From assembly GCA_030704615.1 (NCBI GenBank), contig CM060731.1:50096001-50160000 (forward strand): a stretch of DNA of 64,000 bases, written 5' to 3'. Both the position numbers and the translations under genes were made by a program. Source of the stretch: Takakia lepidozioides. Lineage: Eukaryota > Plantae > Bryophyta. The notes beneath the pieces are model-generated. The model ran no database searches and was not told the DNA's origin. It worked only from the letters and a program-made list of their open reading frames with translations. This document shows positions 63,060 through 64,000 of the stretch, one piece after another; position 1 is the first letter of the stretch, and the number at the start of each line of letters is the position of its first letter.

Positions 63060-64000
63060 CTGCACAAGTGATACTTGATGTCAGGTCAGTCTGGCAATGG
63101 CCCTATCAGGCTGGCTAGAGAACAACATCCATTTGCACATTTAGTGGTGTTCTAGTGCCTACTTTCACTGATGTATTGAAAGTTCCTCCAACAGCTCAGT
63201 TGGAGAAGGGCGACAAACCCTGGTGTCCTTTGGAAAAACATCAAATCCTGAACTCCTGGAATCTTCCCAAAAGTGACGCTCAACACTATAAAGCTTTGAG
63301 CTGAACAGATGGTGAATGACCAGTGCCTCTCACAATTTCTGAACTCAATTTTGTTAAACCCCTCTAGATATATGCGCAATGTCACATCTCCCAATTCCTT
63401 AGCTCAATTTTGTTAAACCCAATAAGAGATATGCGTAATGCCACAGCTTTTACACACTCTTGGACAATACTTTTTGGTCTTTAAATCCTCCATCTCAGAT
63501 TGCAATGTGCATGGCTTCAATCTCAATACTGTTGTCCATACTACTAAATATTTGAAGACTTATAGAAGCTTCTTTTCCTTCTACTAAGTTCGTAGTATTA
63601 GACGACTCCCCTTTTGAACGTTCTATAGCTTCTTTCAACTCCTGACGAGAAGCACAACACTGAGCCCTTGCTTTAGCCCTCAAAAGTATAGGATCGGTTT
63701 TGATCATTACCTTTCCATGGCATCAGATTGAGACTATTCTTATTTAATCTTCAATATAACCCCGTTGCTATCTAACATTCTCTTTCAGGCAACTTCTTAA
63801 GTTGCTACTGATAGAACGTTACTTATAGTTTCAAGTCTTAGGATCTTCTTATTTTGCTCTGATACCAACTGTAATGAAACTACTCATACTATTCCATTAA
63901 TCCTAGAGAAACAACTTTCAGGTCTTAAAAACCTTTATAAAGAAGAAGACATATTACATAAGTTATCATGTCTTTGTCTATGTATATACTTGTTCTTCCT

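Larger units (their letters stand above)
60239..64000 (-). mobile_element. Non-autonomous chromovirus-type LTR retrotransposon carrying a captured gene; 3' LTR 60239-60625, 5' LTR from 63870 to beyond the window
   Basis: TG...CA LTR repeated at 63870; PBS TGGTATCAGAGC (tRNA-iMet) at 63867-63856; PPT agagggagagaa next to 60625. Confidence 0.92.

Noticed and set aside
63345-63445. ~60-bp imperfect tandem duplication in the LTR element interior
   Set aside because: Real but uninformative; no function can be supported.

Overview
Nuclear genomic DNA of a land plant with spliceosomal introns. A non-seed lineage is likely (inferred from the PPR relics and CRE/Dualen-like retroelements). The left end has two housekeeping genes on the + strand: the last four exons of SPT5 and a complete NHP2 with one GC-AG intron. 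A large TIR-NB-ARC-LRR gene follows on the - strand (about 1797 aa as spliced), with a hydrophobic N-terminal segment and 3x29-aa repeats. Its LRR array originally had about 90 repeats; the distal part has decayed and is split by a 7.16-kb non-autonomous CACTA element loaded with host gene fragments (OSB-type PDF-motif exons with introns, PPR pieces). The rest of the window is mostly nested mobile elements and relics: a tRNA-derived SINE, a CRE-type and a Dualen-like REL non-LTR element, a double-trihelix pseudogene, two TTAA-flanked piggyBac-like MITEs, an L-gulonolactone oxidase fragment cut by another CACTA end, and a Helitron relic with an OTU domain. Two LTR elements stand out. (1) A Ty3/gypsy element (41496-48368) has circularly permuted ends, as if integrated from a 2-LTR circle through an att site inside U3. 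(2) A chromovirus shell (60239 to beyond 64000) has most of gag-pol replaced by an open ~600-codon SKIP35-like ankyrin ORF that could be spliced in frame to an ATG in the element's leader. All calls are from reading the sequence; no database searches were run.
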